A stretch of 63,937 nt of DNA, filler included, from Octopus bimaculoides (taxonomy: Eukaryota), in NCBI RefSeq assembly GCF_001194135.2. It is 8 parts of 6 records of this genome, joined end to end, with 100 filler letters (N's around TTAATTAATTAA, not from the genome) between each part and the next. Parts side by side here need not be neighbours in the genome. Positions count along the whole stretch, not along the records: positions 52,098 to 63,937 come from NC_068982.1; 7 more parts are not named here. One strand, written 5' to 3'. The stretch's first letter is position 1. Each line of letters begins with the position of its first letter. This document shows positions 52,535-63,937 of this stretch, in pieces. Position numbers and translations under genes: made by a program. The notes below the pieces were generated by a model. That model was given only the letters and a program-made list of their open reading frames with translations. It had not been told where the DNA came from and did not search any database.

Positions 52535-53220
52535 TTAAATGATAAACCTCTGGAAAGTTTTACATATTTTTACAGTTCCAGTGATGGATCGTATATGTAG
52601 CCTTCGAATTATTTTTCTCCTTTCTGGTTTTGAGAAGCCTAATTTCTCAAGATTGGTATTTAGGCAGTGTATTACATATTCCAGGGACCCAATAGTTACA
52701 GGTATAAACCTGACCTTGTAACCTGGATGGAGTAACTGCAGATTTCTCAATAGTTCAGCATAGGTGTTCTCTTTTTCACTGATCTTCAGCTTTATGTTAA
52801 CATCCGCTGGGCAACTAATTTCCACAACTGTGCACAGTTTCTCTTCTCTATCCCAAATCACTATATCAGGTCTGTTGTGCTTACATTTTATTGAGGTCTT
52901 CACTGGAACATTCCACCAGTATTCCTTTTTATTATGAGTGACTACGACTCCTACCGTATTGTCGGTTTTTATTTCTTGTCCTTCCGATGGATTTCGTTAT
53001 TGAGTGTCATAGCTACAACGTCATGTCTTATCGGTAGATAATACCGTGATGACATTTTCGGACAACTGCTTATGATGTGGGTGATATCTTCAGTGTGAAC
53101 TCTACAAAGTCTGCATCGGTTGTCACATTTTACAGATTTTCCTGCGTCTCTATCCCTTTTGTGCATCAAGTACTTGCTTGATATTTCCTGTTCCTGGATT
53201 GCAAACACACACCCTTCAAA
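52535..53220 (-). pseudogene. RLE-type non-LTR retrotransposon C-terminus (CCHC + restriction-like endonuclease)
   Basis: CRLC...EDITHIISSC, RHDVVA, HNRPDIVIWD...VVEISCP...K...Y. Confidence 0.9.
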
Positions 53221-54312
53221 GTGGGAGGTAATAATCCGGCTATTCGGCTAAATATGTATGTGTGTATGTATATATGTATGCATGTTTGTGTGTGTACATA
53301 TGTACATGGTATGCGTCACTAAATTATTTCCGATATTAAATTAACGAGTGATGTAACCTAAGAGGAGAATCAGAAATGCTGTGTATTTGTTGCCAACGGA
53401 GATAATTTTTGCCAAAGTAACTACATTTGGAATTAGAACGCCAGTCTATATATATAAAAAAAAGTATATTTAAATGATTTCTCTTGGCAATAAATGTCTG
53501 GCTTAAGCCTTATCCCTCACACTACAGTAATTCAGTGTGTTAAATTTCAATTGGCAATAAACATTTGCAATTTTTTTTACATATTTCCCACCTGAGAAAT
53601 CACTACAGTTTTAGCGACGTTTCAACACATTTGTTTTAAAGATACGAAACCGGAGTTTAAAAACTCACGTCTGGCCGTACTATATTTTGTTTCTATTTTA
53701 CTAAAATATAAATATAAGAACAGCAATCCTCTAATGACTTGTGCTTGGGGCGTTTTGCTTATGTAAAATGGTATGTGCATATGTTCCCTAGTAAAACAAT
53801 GTCCATAGAAAATATAATGATTATGTATGTATTCATTTTAAGATATGCCTTTACGTTTTCTCCATTTCACATACTAATACATTATAGGTATGAACTTGAA
53901 TATGTATAACTTCGCAATACTTTCCAGAAACAGTCTAATGAAAATCGATATACATAGATTAAGAAATAAACGAATAGGATCCAATTTAATGAATTGCAGC
54001 GCAGATGCCAAAAATATTAAATTAAATTTTCTTCATTTTATTCTGGAGTGTAAAAAGGATGTTTGCTTCAGTAATTTAAAATGTTTCTCTTTCTGCATGA
54101 CCTTATTGCTATACAATGCACTTTAACTTGGACAACACTTTCTCGATGCTTCCATTATAATTCCACTCACATCAAAGATGTCTTATAGTGATATTATTAT
54201 ATATCAACACAGTACATGACTCAGACGGCAGTTCACTTCGATATGAATACGTGAAGATAATCATACCGCGTAGAATTGAAACTCTGTAAAGATTTGTATC
54301 TAAATACTGTAA

Positions 54313-55109
54313 ATAGTTCGTGCTGCGCTTTAAGAATGCTATTGGTTCTAGATCCATTTTATCTGTCGATGAATTTTAAAAGAAATTTTTAAAGTTGTTC
54401 ATTTTTTTTTTAATTCATCGAAATTTTGTAAGTATTTCCTTAGTGATCGCTAGTATAAGCATGCTATAACTCGTAGTTTAATGTATTTATCATTGAAATT
54501 GTTATTACAGGAGCGAATAAGGTGGATAGCTGGAAGAATTTTTAGCGTGCCGGACAAAATGATTAGCGATATTTTTCGTGGCTCTTTCCATTACGAGATC
54601 AACATTTGATCTTTTCAGGGGTCGGTAAAGTACAGTACTAATCAAGAGCCGGGATCGAAATAATAAACCAACGTCCTCCCGTCAAAACTGGGGTCTTTTG
54701 CCAAAATCAAAAACAAATGTTTATAGGAGTAAGAAATCTCAGAAAACCCCGTTAACTTTTCTTTAATTTAACCAAGTAAACTCAGTCAGGAATTTACTCA
54801 AAGCTCACTGTATATTCAAACTGATATTTTCTTCATTTACCTTTTAAATTTTATAGTTCGTGCTGCGCTTTAAGAATGCTATTGGATCTAGATCCATTTT
54901 ATCTGTCGATGAATTTTAAAAGAAATTTTTAAAGTTGTTCATTTTTTTTTTTAATTCATCGAAATTTTGTAAGTATTTCCTTAGTGATCGCTAGTATAAG
55001 CATGCTATAACTCGTAGTTTAATGTATTTATCATTGAAATTGTTATTACAGGAGCGAATAAGGTCGATAGCTGGAAGAATTTTTAGCGTGCCGGACAAAA
55101 TGATTAGCG
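54313..55109. repeat. Near-identical direct duplication (54313-54568 / 54853-55109)
   Basis: ~256 bp; two substitutions and one poly-T length difference seen. Confidence 0.92.
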
Positions 55110-55130
55110 GTATTTTTTTCAGTATTTATA

Positions 55131-55747
55131 CTTTTCACAGACGAGTGTGTGGAGCAATTACGTCAGAAGCTAAAACAGCTGTCTTAGATCTAATTTTGAA
55201 ATTCTCGTTCTTCATTGAAAAGACTATTATAATGCAGTTTGTGATACAAACTAATTTCCTTAGATTTATTTACGAATATATGCCTCTGAATAATACACAA
55301 ATGCATTTCATAAATTCATACACATTATATATGTATGTATATATGTGTATGGAGGTGCGTCCCGCCAGTCCATCGTAGCGTTACTCATTTTTGCCAGCTC
55401 AGTGGACTGGAGGATCATGAAATGAAGTGTTTTGCTCAAGAACGCAACGCGTCGTGCGGTCCAGGAATCGAAACCACAATCTTGTGATCCTGATGATGAC
55501 ACCCTAACCACTAAGCCACGCACCTCCATACACATATATACATACATATATAATGTGTATGAATTTATGAAATGCATTTGTGTATTATTCAGAGGCATAT
55601 ATTCGTAAATAAATGTAAGGAAATTAGTTTGTATCACAAACTGCATTATAATAGTCTTTTCAATGAAGAACGAGAATTTCAAAATTAGATCTAAGACAGC
55701 TGTTTTAGCTTCTGACGTAATTGCTCCACACACTCGTCTGTGAAAAG
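55131..55747. repeat. 230-bp inverted duplication (55131-55360 / 55518-55747) around a SINE head
   Basis: One mismatch seen between arms; spacer is a minus-strand tRNA-like SINE 5' part. Confidence 0.95.
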
Positions 55748-56342
55748 AGATGGAGTTCTAATCATAGACGAAAATGAACTTGATGAAGGTTTCTTAGACC
55801 TGTTTGCATGCGTTTGAGGACCAAATCTAGCAGGCGTAGACAAGAACTAATCCACATAGCTTTCAAATATTGACATATTGTGACGTGTGCTGCAAATCAG
55901 CTTCCGTCTTCGAGTTCAGTTATCCGGAATATAAAATATGTTTATATCACAATGGTTCGATTGTTTCTTTAACACATTTAATAACTGCCGGCAAGATTCC
56001 GGTGTTTGTCTGATGGAAGAACATGTGTGTATGAATTTTATGCAAATTATGAAGGGTGATGATATGGTAGAAAAATAAGAAGGTAAAATAATCAAATATT
56101 TGCGACTAATAGTCTTACTGAAATCTGATTTTTGAGTGTTTGGCAGACGATATTACCAGTGTTCGGACGATCATTATCGTTTAGTCCTTTGGCTCATTAG
56201 ACTGCTGTCAAGTTGGAGCACCGCCTTGAAGAATTTTAATCGAATAGACACAAGTAATAGTTTTGTAAAGCCTAGTATTTATTCTATCGGTTACGATAAT
56301 GACGGAGATGTAAGGACAACATCGGCGATGGAGACAAACACT

Positions 56343-56439
<97 letters not shown>

Positions 56440-57539
56440 TTATTTATAAGATGATCTTTCAGTTTACGTCTGCAAAAGCCACCCACAAAGTATTGGTCAA
56501 CTCGCAGCTATTGTGAAAATGTTTTGCATACGGTGCCACGCAGTTTGGACTCAACTTGGAACCACGTGGTTTGGAAGCAAACTTCTAACCACACAGACAG
56601 ACTTCTTACTTTCAATAAATTTCACGAAAAACAAACTGAAGAAAACTAATATATATTCAATCCCTTCAGTTCAACACATTTCAAATCATTTCAGGTGTTG
56701 AACACCTTTACTTTCGGAGTCACAAGCCTAGCTGAAGGCAAAAGATACAATGATAAAACTGGTTCAACAATAGTTTAATAACCGCACTCCCTTCAACGAA
56801 CTTGATGTTAATGGCTATATGATCCCCAAGTTATGGTAATGTTAGCTGTCGCACTTAATCGGAAAATAACAGGATTAAGAAGAGAATATTCTTACTGAAA
56901 TTTTCAAAGGACAAAAATCCGGATACATAGAATATATANNNNNNNNNNNNNNNNNNNNNNNNNNNNNNNNNNNNNNNNNNNNNNNNNNNNNNNNNNNNNN
57001 NNNNNNNNNNNNNNNNNNNNNNNNNNNNNNNNNNNNNNNNNNNNNNNNNNNNNNNNNNNNNNNNNNNNNNNNNNNNNNNNNNNNNNNNNNNNNNNNNNNN
57101 NNNNNNNNNNNNNNNNNNNNNNNNNNNNNNNNNNNNNNNNNNNNNNNNNNNNNNNNNNNNNNNNNNNNNNNNNNNNNNNNNNNNNNNNNNNNNNNNNNNN
57201 NNNNNNNNNNNNNNNNNNNNNNNNNNNNNNNNNNNNNNNNNNNNNNNNNNNNNNNNNNNNNNNNNNNNNNNNNNNNNNNNNNNNNNNNNNNNNNNNNNNN
57301 NNNNNNNNNNNNNNNNNNNNNNNNNNNNNNNNNNNNNNNNNNNNNNNNNNNNNNNNNNNNNNNNNNNNNNNNNNNNNNNNNNNNNNNNNNNNNNNNNNNN
57401 NNNNNNNNNNNNNNNNNNNNNNNNNNNNNNNNNNNNNNNNNNNNNNNNNNNNNNNNNNNNNNNNNNNNNNNNNNNNNNNNNNNNNNNNNNNNNNNNNNNN
57501 NNNNNNNTATATATACGTTTGTGTGTCTGTGTTTGTTCC

Positions 57540-57720
57540 CCCACGATCCCTTGACAAGCGATGTTAGTGTGTTTACCTCCCTGTAGCCTAGCGGTTCGGC
57601 AAAAAACGATAGAATAAGTACTAAGCTTACAAATAATAAGTCCTGGGGTCAATTTGTTCGACTAAAGGCGGTGCTCCAGCACGGCCGCAGTCAAATGACT
57701 GAAACAAGTAAAAGAATAAA
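57540..57720 (+). mobile_element. SINE 3' portion
   Basis: gaataagtactaagctt...ggggtcaatttgttcgactaaaggcggtgctccagcacggccgcagtcaaatgactgaaacaagtaaaagaataaaag. Confidence 0.8.
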
Positions 57721-57944
57721 AGAATTTATATATATACTTACATATAAATTTGCATATTTCAGTTATAATACAGCCCCACGCATATGCATAACTACGTTCA
57801 GACACACACACACACACACACACACACACCCATATATAACTAAATCTATAACGATATCCCTCCCTTTCCATATGTGTGTGTGTTTGTGTATATCTGTGTA
57901 TGTGTGTTACTTTCGTAACATTCATTCAAAACATTTTGTGTAGC

Positions 57945-57983
<39 letters not shown>

Positions 57984-58476
57984 AGTGTATGTGTTTGTGG
58001 GTGTGTGTGTAATATGCATATCAGCCGGAGTCACAGTCGTAATATTCGTCAAAATTTCAACATGATACTAGGGAAAAAGGTGAAATATATAAAAACAAAT
58101 AATAGAACGCCATAATAAACATTAAATTGGTTGTAAGCAACCCACATGTAGTAACGTGTAAAACAGTCTGTTTTGGTGCGTGTGTTGCAAAGCTTTCGCA
58201 TTGCTAATACCACTAAGATAGTAATGGAATTTTTATTATTTTCTATCAGATACCTGTTGGACGATATACATAACTGCCAGCCGCAAATACCCAAAACAGA
58301 AAATAATAAAGCTATATTGTTTTGAAAACTGTTTTATTTTGAACAAGTAAATAAACATTCGGCATTGTGCTATTCCTATGAACATATTTTTGTACCAACA
58401 TCTATGGACATATGTATTATTCGACCAGAACGCTTGTCACAGTTTTGTTTACGGTGGCGTTTTCAGTGTACGTGTC

Positions 58477-58477
<1 letters not shown>

Positions 58478-58562
<85 letters not shown>
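58478..58562. repeat. (CT)n microsatellite
   Basis: Direct reading. Confidence 0.95.
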
Positions 58563-58564
<2 letters not shown>

Positions 58565-58649
58565 GACTGAGTAGACAAACGAAAAAAAGAGACACTTTAT
58601 ATGTTTAATAGTATATATTTCGTTTGACACTGCATCATTCGGCGTCATG

Positions 58650-58685
58650 CAACATAACGTTTCGTAGACTCATCAGAGGAAGCTA
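58650..58685 (-). ncRNA. Minimal hammerhead-ribozyme-like motif with intact core
   Basis: Minus strand CCT CTGATGA G TCTA C GAAA C GTT: all catalytic boxes present, minimal helices II and III, weak helix I. Confidence 0.5.
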
Positions 58686-59028
58686 ACTTGTACATATGTA
58701 GACACATACAAACATACATGCATACCCACAGACATATATGCACACATAAACACACACACACATACACATACACACATACAAACACACCTACACACATACG
58801 CACATGTATTTTTTCAATTTTGGCGAAAGGCCGGCAGTGTTAGGAGAAGATGTTCAGTGAATTACATTGACCCTAGTGTCCAACTGGTACTTATTTTATC
58901 CAATCCTAAACGATGAACAAGAAAGTCGACCTCGGTGGAATTGCAAAGCTTAAATGCCAACGAAATGCCGCTAGAAAATTTTCACAGCGTACTGAGGATT
59001 CGACTTACACACGCACTCTCCCACACGC

Positions 59029-59073
<45 letters not shown>

Positions 59074-62000
59074 TATACATATATATACATATATATACAT
59101 ATATTTAGGGGAACCAAAATCATTTTTGATCGTCTATTTCTCGAATGGATGTATTTTTCCTGTTCTAATCCTATCCCAATCCACCGAAAATATCTTACAT
59201 TGCTTATCGTCACAGACGTAACTGTCACAGGACTAAACTAGTTTATCAAGCGACAATTTATTTATGTATAAATAATTTACCGATTTGTTTGACAAAGAAA
59301 GTACGAATTAAAAATGTATTTCGGGAACAAGACATCTGTTTGGAAATTTCTAAAAAAAAAAGCCAAAAAAAAAAACATTCTGAGACAATATATAGATGCA
59401 AAGAAAGTAAATGTTCTTACCGAACACCCATATATCATTAATTCATCAATGTCTGCCAGATTCTGAAACATTTGTTTAGCTGAAACATTTGTAGATTGAT
59501 AATTTCTGTTTAATATCTGTCAATAACGTTCGTGAAAAGATTATACATGCATAAATATATAATTACACAAAAATACACACACACACGTAAATATATACAC
59601 ATATGTGTGTACGCGTTTCAGTGTTTATGTGTATTTGCGTTTGCCTGCACGCGCGTGTTTGTGTGTGTATACTTGCATATCTAATCTGAGAAAGTGTTGA
59701 TGGTGATAGGATTAAGGACAATTGTTTCCGAAATGATGTGCAGGGGACTCGTGCAATAGAATTCTGAAAAACAAAAATTAAAATGGAAAGATAGTCGTCT
59801 AAAGAAAAGTTTTTCCTGTATATTTATTCATGACCTTCTAACGTAAGCGATGTCTACTTAGTTTTCAGGCACTTACCTATGCTCTATACATATCCCTGTG
59901 TATTTCTCTATTTTATGTATATTAAATTACCTCTCGTGCATCATTCAAATTTTCGAATGCTGTACATTTAAGATTTTGACTTTATTTATTCGCTTCCCTC
60001 TTAATGTTTTTTCTTCTCATATTTTTTTATATATATTCTCTCTCCTTTCATTTTCTCTACTCTATCATTTATTTTGCGTGTGGTTTATTCTTTTACTTTT
60101 GTCATTTATTTAATTTCCTATTACATTCTTGAAGATTACTTTCATGTTTATTTTTTTCTTTGATATTCTTAGCACTTTATTCTTTTCGTGTGTTCTTTCT
60201 TTCCTTCGTCCGTTTACTTATTCATCAGTTATTGATGGTGTCTCAGGAATGTATATTATACTGCTACCTGTCTGCCATCAGCTGAAGCAGTTTTGAAGGA
60301 CATGAACCGGTCTACAGATCTATTTTTTTCTCCAATAATGACTGTCTATCTTCCGTCAACAGTAATGTAATATTGGATGCAGACTTGTGTCTAGTGATAC
60401 ACTTCAGCTTGTAGTGTTTGCTTGAAACAAGTGTTGTCGTTTCCTTCTAGTTTTGAAAGTGTCTTTCTGACATTTGGCAACAATGGCATTTACTGCTCAG
60501 TTCTCTATTTGCGGCCTAGGCCAGTATTCATATTAAATATATTATTTAGCCACCATATATGTCTCAGATATTTAATATTCAATCCATTTCAAGTTGTAGT
60601 ACGAGAAACCACTTCAGGTAGTTTGCTAAAGCTACTGACAAGATCCCTGCTTCTTATAGAGCTTACTGTCACACCAGGCTTTTTTTAAGTGTGTATATAG
60701 ACACAGACCATCTTTAGTATCTTCTATATTGAAGAGCAGTCAGTGTTCTATAAACGTCAAGCTTGGATATTAAGTAATCTCCCAAAATTTTCCATAAAGC
60801 TGACGAAGAAATGCAAAAGATGAAACCTATTATGCACCCTGATATCAGTGCAACTTTATGTCTTTTTTTTTCTTTGAGTTAAAATGGAAATTGCAAAATC
60901 ATTATTAGACTGGCAGCATGTTTCAAGTATATATATATAAAGTCTTGTTGAGGATATGTTTATCTCTTTTTAGCTGATCATATGAGACACAGTATTATAT
61001 CATACACTGAACCAATGCATGGCCGCAACAATTTTATGGTTCCCTGGGGTTTCAAATTCACATATGTGATGTATACAATAGACTAAACCGAAACCATTCT
61101 CTGCGGATTCAGTTTTGCCATTTAGATGTAACTCTGGCGTTCCACACACAAATTCAGACTTGATTACGTCGAAAATTTTATTTTCATGGTTACGAGAAAA
61201 AAAAATCTCAATTGTCAGTAAGTAGGCTGGATATCTTTCGGTTTAAATAAACCTCACCAGTGAAGTATGTTTTTTTAAAGTCTGCTAAATGGGAGGACAG
61301 AAGTTTGGAAGAGGAGAACTTGTTAATAAGAATTGTGTATAAAGAAATTTGCATATAGTAACGGAACTAGGGGTTTGATTAAAGTGAGCTAATGTTACTA
61401 ATTTAGATAAGCGAGACTACGAGATAGTGAGTTAAATAATGTACACAAAAAGTCTCATCGAAATGGATTCTACAATTATGTTCAAAGAAGAGAAGAAAAC
61501 GGAGAGGAAATGCCAGTTATTTTCAAATAGAATAATGGATAATTTCAAGAAAATGATAATTTTACGGTAGTTTTATTTTACATGCGAATTTTTTACGATG
61601 ATGGAGAGATTACATTCTAAAATGTGATGTCAGCCAAGCTGTCGTCATACAGCACTTCCGGTATTACTTTTACTTCGTTTTGTAGCTTTCCCAAATTCAT
61701 CAAGAAGATTAAATGACTGAAGATGAGTGTGCAAATAATGATACTTGAATCTATAAAAGCGTAGAACAAAGACCTACTCTAAGTTGATAAATTGCATGGT
61801 AAATAACTCTATGAATTCTGACCGGGAATTTTCAATAATCAATATAGCAGGGAGCCTATATAACTTCATGTTCCTATAACAAAGAGGTAATATTTCTTTA
61901 AATCATTAGTCTGGCTACTTTTCTAAAGTTCAGTGTGCTGCTTAAGATATTAGAAGGATTATAATGTAAACACTACTTTCTCAGCTCTTTCAACATACGC

Positions 62001-62689
62001 AGGTGTGCGTGTGTGCATTTCAATGGGAGACAGAGCGAGGGAGGGCAAACAGACGTAGATAGCGACGAAGAAAGAGAGAAAGAGGGAGAAAGAAAGAAAG
62101 AGAGAGATATGGGGGCGATAAAAGATCTCAGTATTTGTCTGGAAGTACATTTATTGACTCTGATGTAACGAAATGTAAGATAGACATGTGTGCTCTAAAC
62201 AAATATTCTAAGGTGTTCTATCGTAATCTGCTCTACTGCCATAAAATATTCTTTATATTGATGCTACTTTCAATGATGTAGAAATTATTGTTGTACCTAA
62301 AGAGAAAATTCAGTGTAATTTAATCAAACCAAACCCCTCGCCCCCAGAACTCGTGACAATCCCTTAGGCTGTAAACTTGACATTATTCACTTTTATTTAA
62401 ATATATTTTCCTTGTAATCGAAGTCGAATAAGTTCTAACAATATTTCATGGCCTAGATCTATTCCTTTCTTTTTGAGAGTAATATATAATTTTTAAAGAC
62501 ATTAAGAAACAGAAACTGTAAAACACTATTTAATTCGTAATATTTAATTAGAGACTTTATGGTTATTTAATTATCATGCATTCTGTTAGATTTCGTCAAA
62601 ATACATTTTGCGTTCAAATTTTGCAACCTTAAATGTAGCATCCTTGTTAGTGTTTGCCTTTTTGTGTATTTTATTAATAATGGGTGTGA

Positions 62690-63062
62690 CAATGCGGTGA
62701 GCTGGCAGAATCGTTAGCACGTCGAGCAAAAATAAATAGCGGTATTTCACCTGTCGCTACGTACGGAGTTCAAATTCCGCCGAGGTCGACTTTGGGTTTC
62801 ATCCTTTCTGGATTGATAAATTAAGTACCAGTTTAGTAGTGGGGTCAATATTTATCGACTATCTCACTTCCCCCAAATTTCAGGCCTTCTGTCTATAATA
62901 AAAAGGATTAATAATAAGCGTGGCTGTGTGTTAAGGCGTTTGCTTCCGAGTTCAGTTCTATAACACGTCTTCTGCCATAGCAATGGGCTGAGCAAAGCCT
63001 TCTAAGTGAATTTGGTAGACGGAAGCTGCATGGCTCCAGTCAAATGACTGAAACAAGTAAAA
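62690..63062 (+). mobile_element. Two adjacent SINE copies
   Basis: gcggtgagctggcagaatcgttagcac head; then gtggctgtgtg...gtagacggaa...gtcaaatgactgaaacaagtaaaa. Confidence 0.75.
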
Positions 63063-63521
63063 TATATTGAGAAAATATATATGCATACATATTGAGAAAA
63101 AAGGTCGTCAGAATTTGGGCGAAAAAAATATTTTTATTTCTTCGTTATTATTAGCACTTTCGTTCGTTTCTCGAACTTGTCAGATAGAATTTTGTTAATG
63201 TACAAACAGCTTCTTCATTTATGTAAAACAGATGTGTTTTGGAAGTTTTGTTTAGAAACGAAAATTTTTTTTGGGGGGGAGGGTGAATTTCTATGACAAT
63301 AGAGATAGATCGATAGATAGATAGATAGTCAGACACACAGAGAGACATATAGATATTAATAAAATACACAGAAGGCAAACTCTGACATTGATGCTATTTT
63401 TAAGGTTGCAAAATTTGAATGCATGATGTATTTGGATGAAATCTAACACAATGCATAATAATTAAATAACCATAAATTAAATAAGGTATTATTACCATTA
63501 ATAATAATAAGAATGATAAGA

Positions 63522-63925
63522 ATAAGAAGCCAGACATAGTCTTAATTAAGAAGGAAAACAAACTATACTGGATCATAGATATAGCATGCATAGCTGACAA
63601 CAAGGTATGCGATAAGGAAAAAACCTCGATAGATATGACAGATTCGCTTGGGAAGTTAAGCAGTTGTGGTCGATGTAAAAGGTGGTTGTAGTACCAATAA
63701 TTATCGGAGCCCTGGGAACAGTAAGTAAAATTCTTGAGAAGTACATGGAACAAATAGGGTCTACAATAACGGTGGAACACTTGCAGAAAACAACACTGCC
63801 TGGAATCGCTTGAATACTCCGGAAGGTGCTCGAAAAATAAGAGGTGTTACCTTAGTTCACTGGTAGTGAACAGCTGACACTGTAGTACATCTCCATCGTA
63901 AGAAGCTGTGCAAATGCAATCATAT
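63522..63925 (+). mobile_element. 5'-truncated R4/Dong-type LINE 3' end (RLE domain + 3'UTR)
   Basis: NKKPDIVLIKKENK..WIIDIAC..D.KV..KE...VVVVPIIIGALGTV...LQK..L...ILRKVLE*. Confidence 0.9.
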
Positions 63926-63937
63926 ATATATATGTAT

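Noticed and set aside
54505-54715. Apparent exon (tacag|GA...) and LRR-like peptide on the + strand
   Set aside because: The sequence is a degraded SINE matching the 62690 family.
60240-60860. Balanced-GC unique stretch that looks coding
   Set aside because: Frames examined contain repeated stops and no recognisable motif.

Overview
Eukaryotic, AT-rich, microsatellite- and TE-dense draft scaffold with many N gaps. The SINE families and microsatellite style point to a coleoid cephalopod, most likely Octopus (inference). No intact host protein-coding gene, rRNA, tRNA or CRISPR array is supportable. The main structure is an ~11 kb same-strand, head-to-tail array (about 3330-14345) of five diverged Tx1/L1-group retrotransposon units: a 5'-truncated ORF2 end, two ORF1-only units, one complete but decayed ORF1+ORF2 unit, and a fourth ORF1 cut off by an antisense R4/Dong-type LINE. 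The three visible junctions share the motif AAT(A/G)AATTCGAAA(T/A)CCGTC, have no poly(A), and are flanked by conserved UTR hairpins, suggesting repeated site-specific or self-targeted insertion plus non-autonomous ORF1-only partners. Also present: Penelope-like RT and GIY-YIG fragments, several minimal hammerhead-ribozyme-like motifs, Tc1/mariner elements and MITEs, a Helitron fragment, CR1 and RLE-LINE fragments, a probable solo LTR, a foldback element carrying telomeric repeats, three inverted duplications and one likely non-coding exon.
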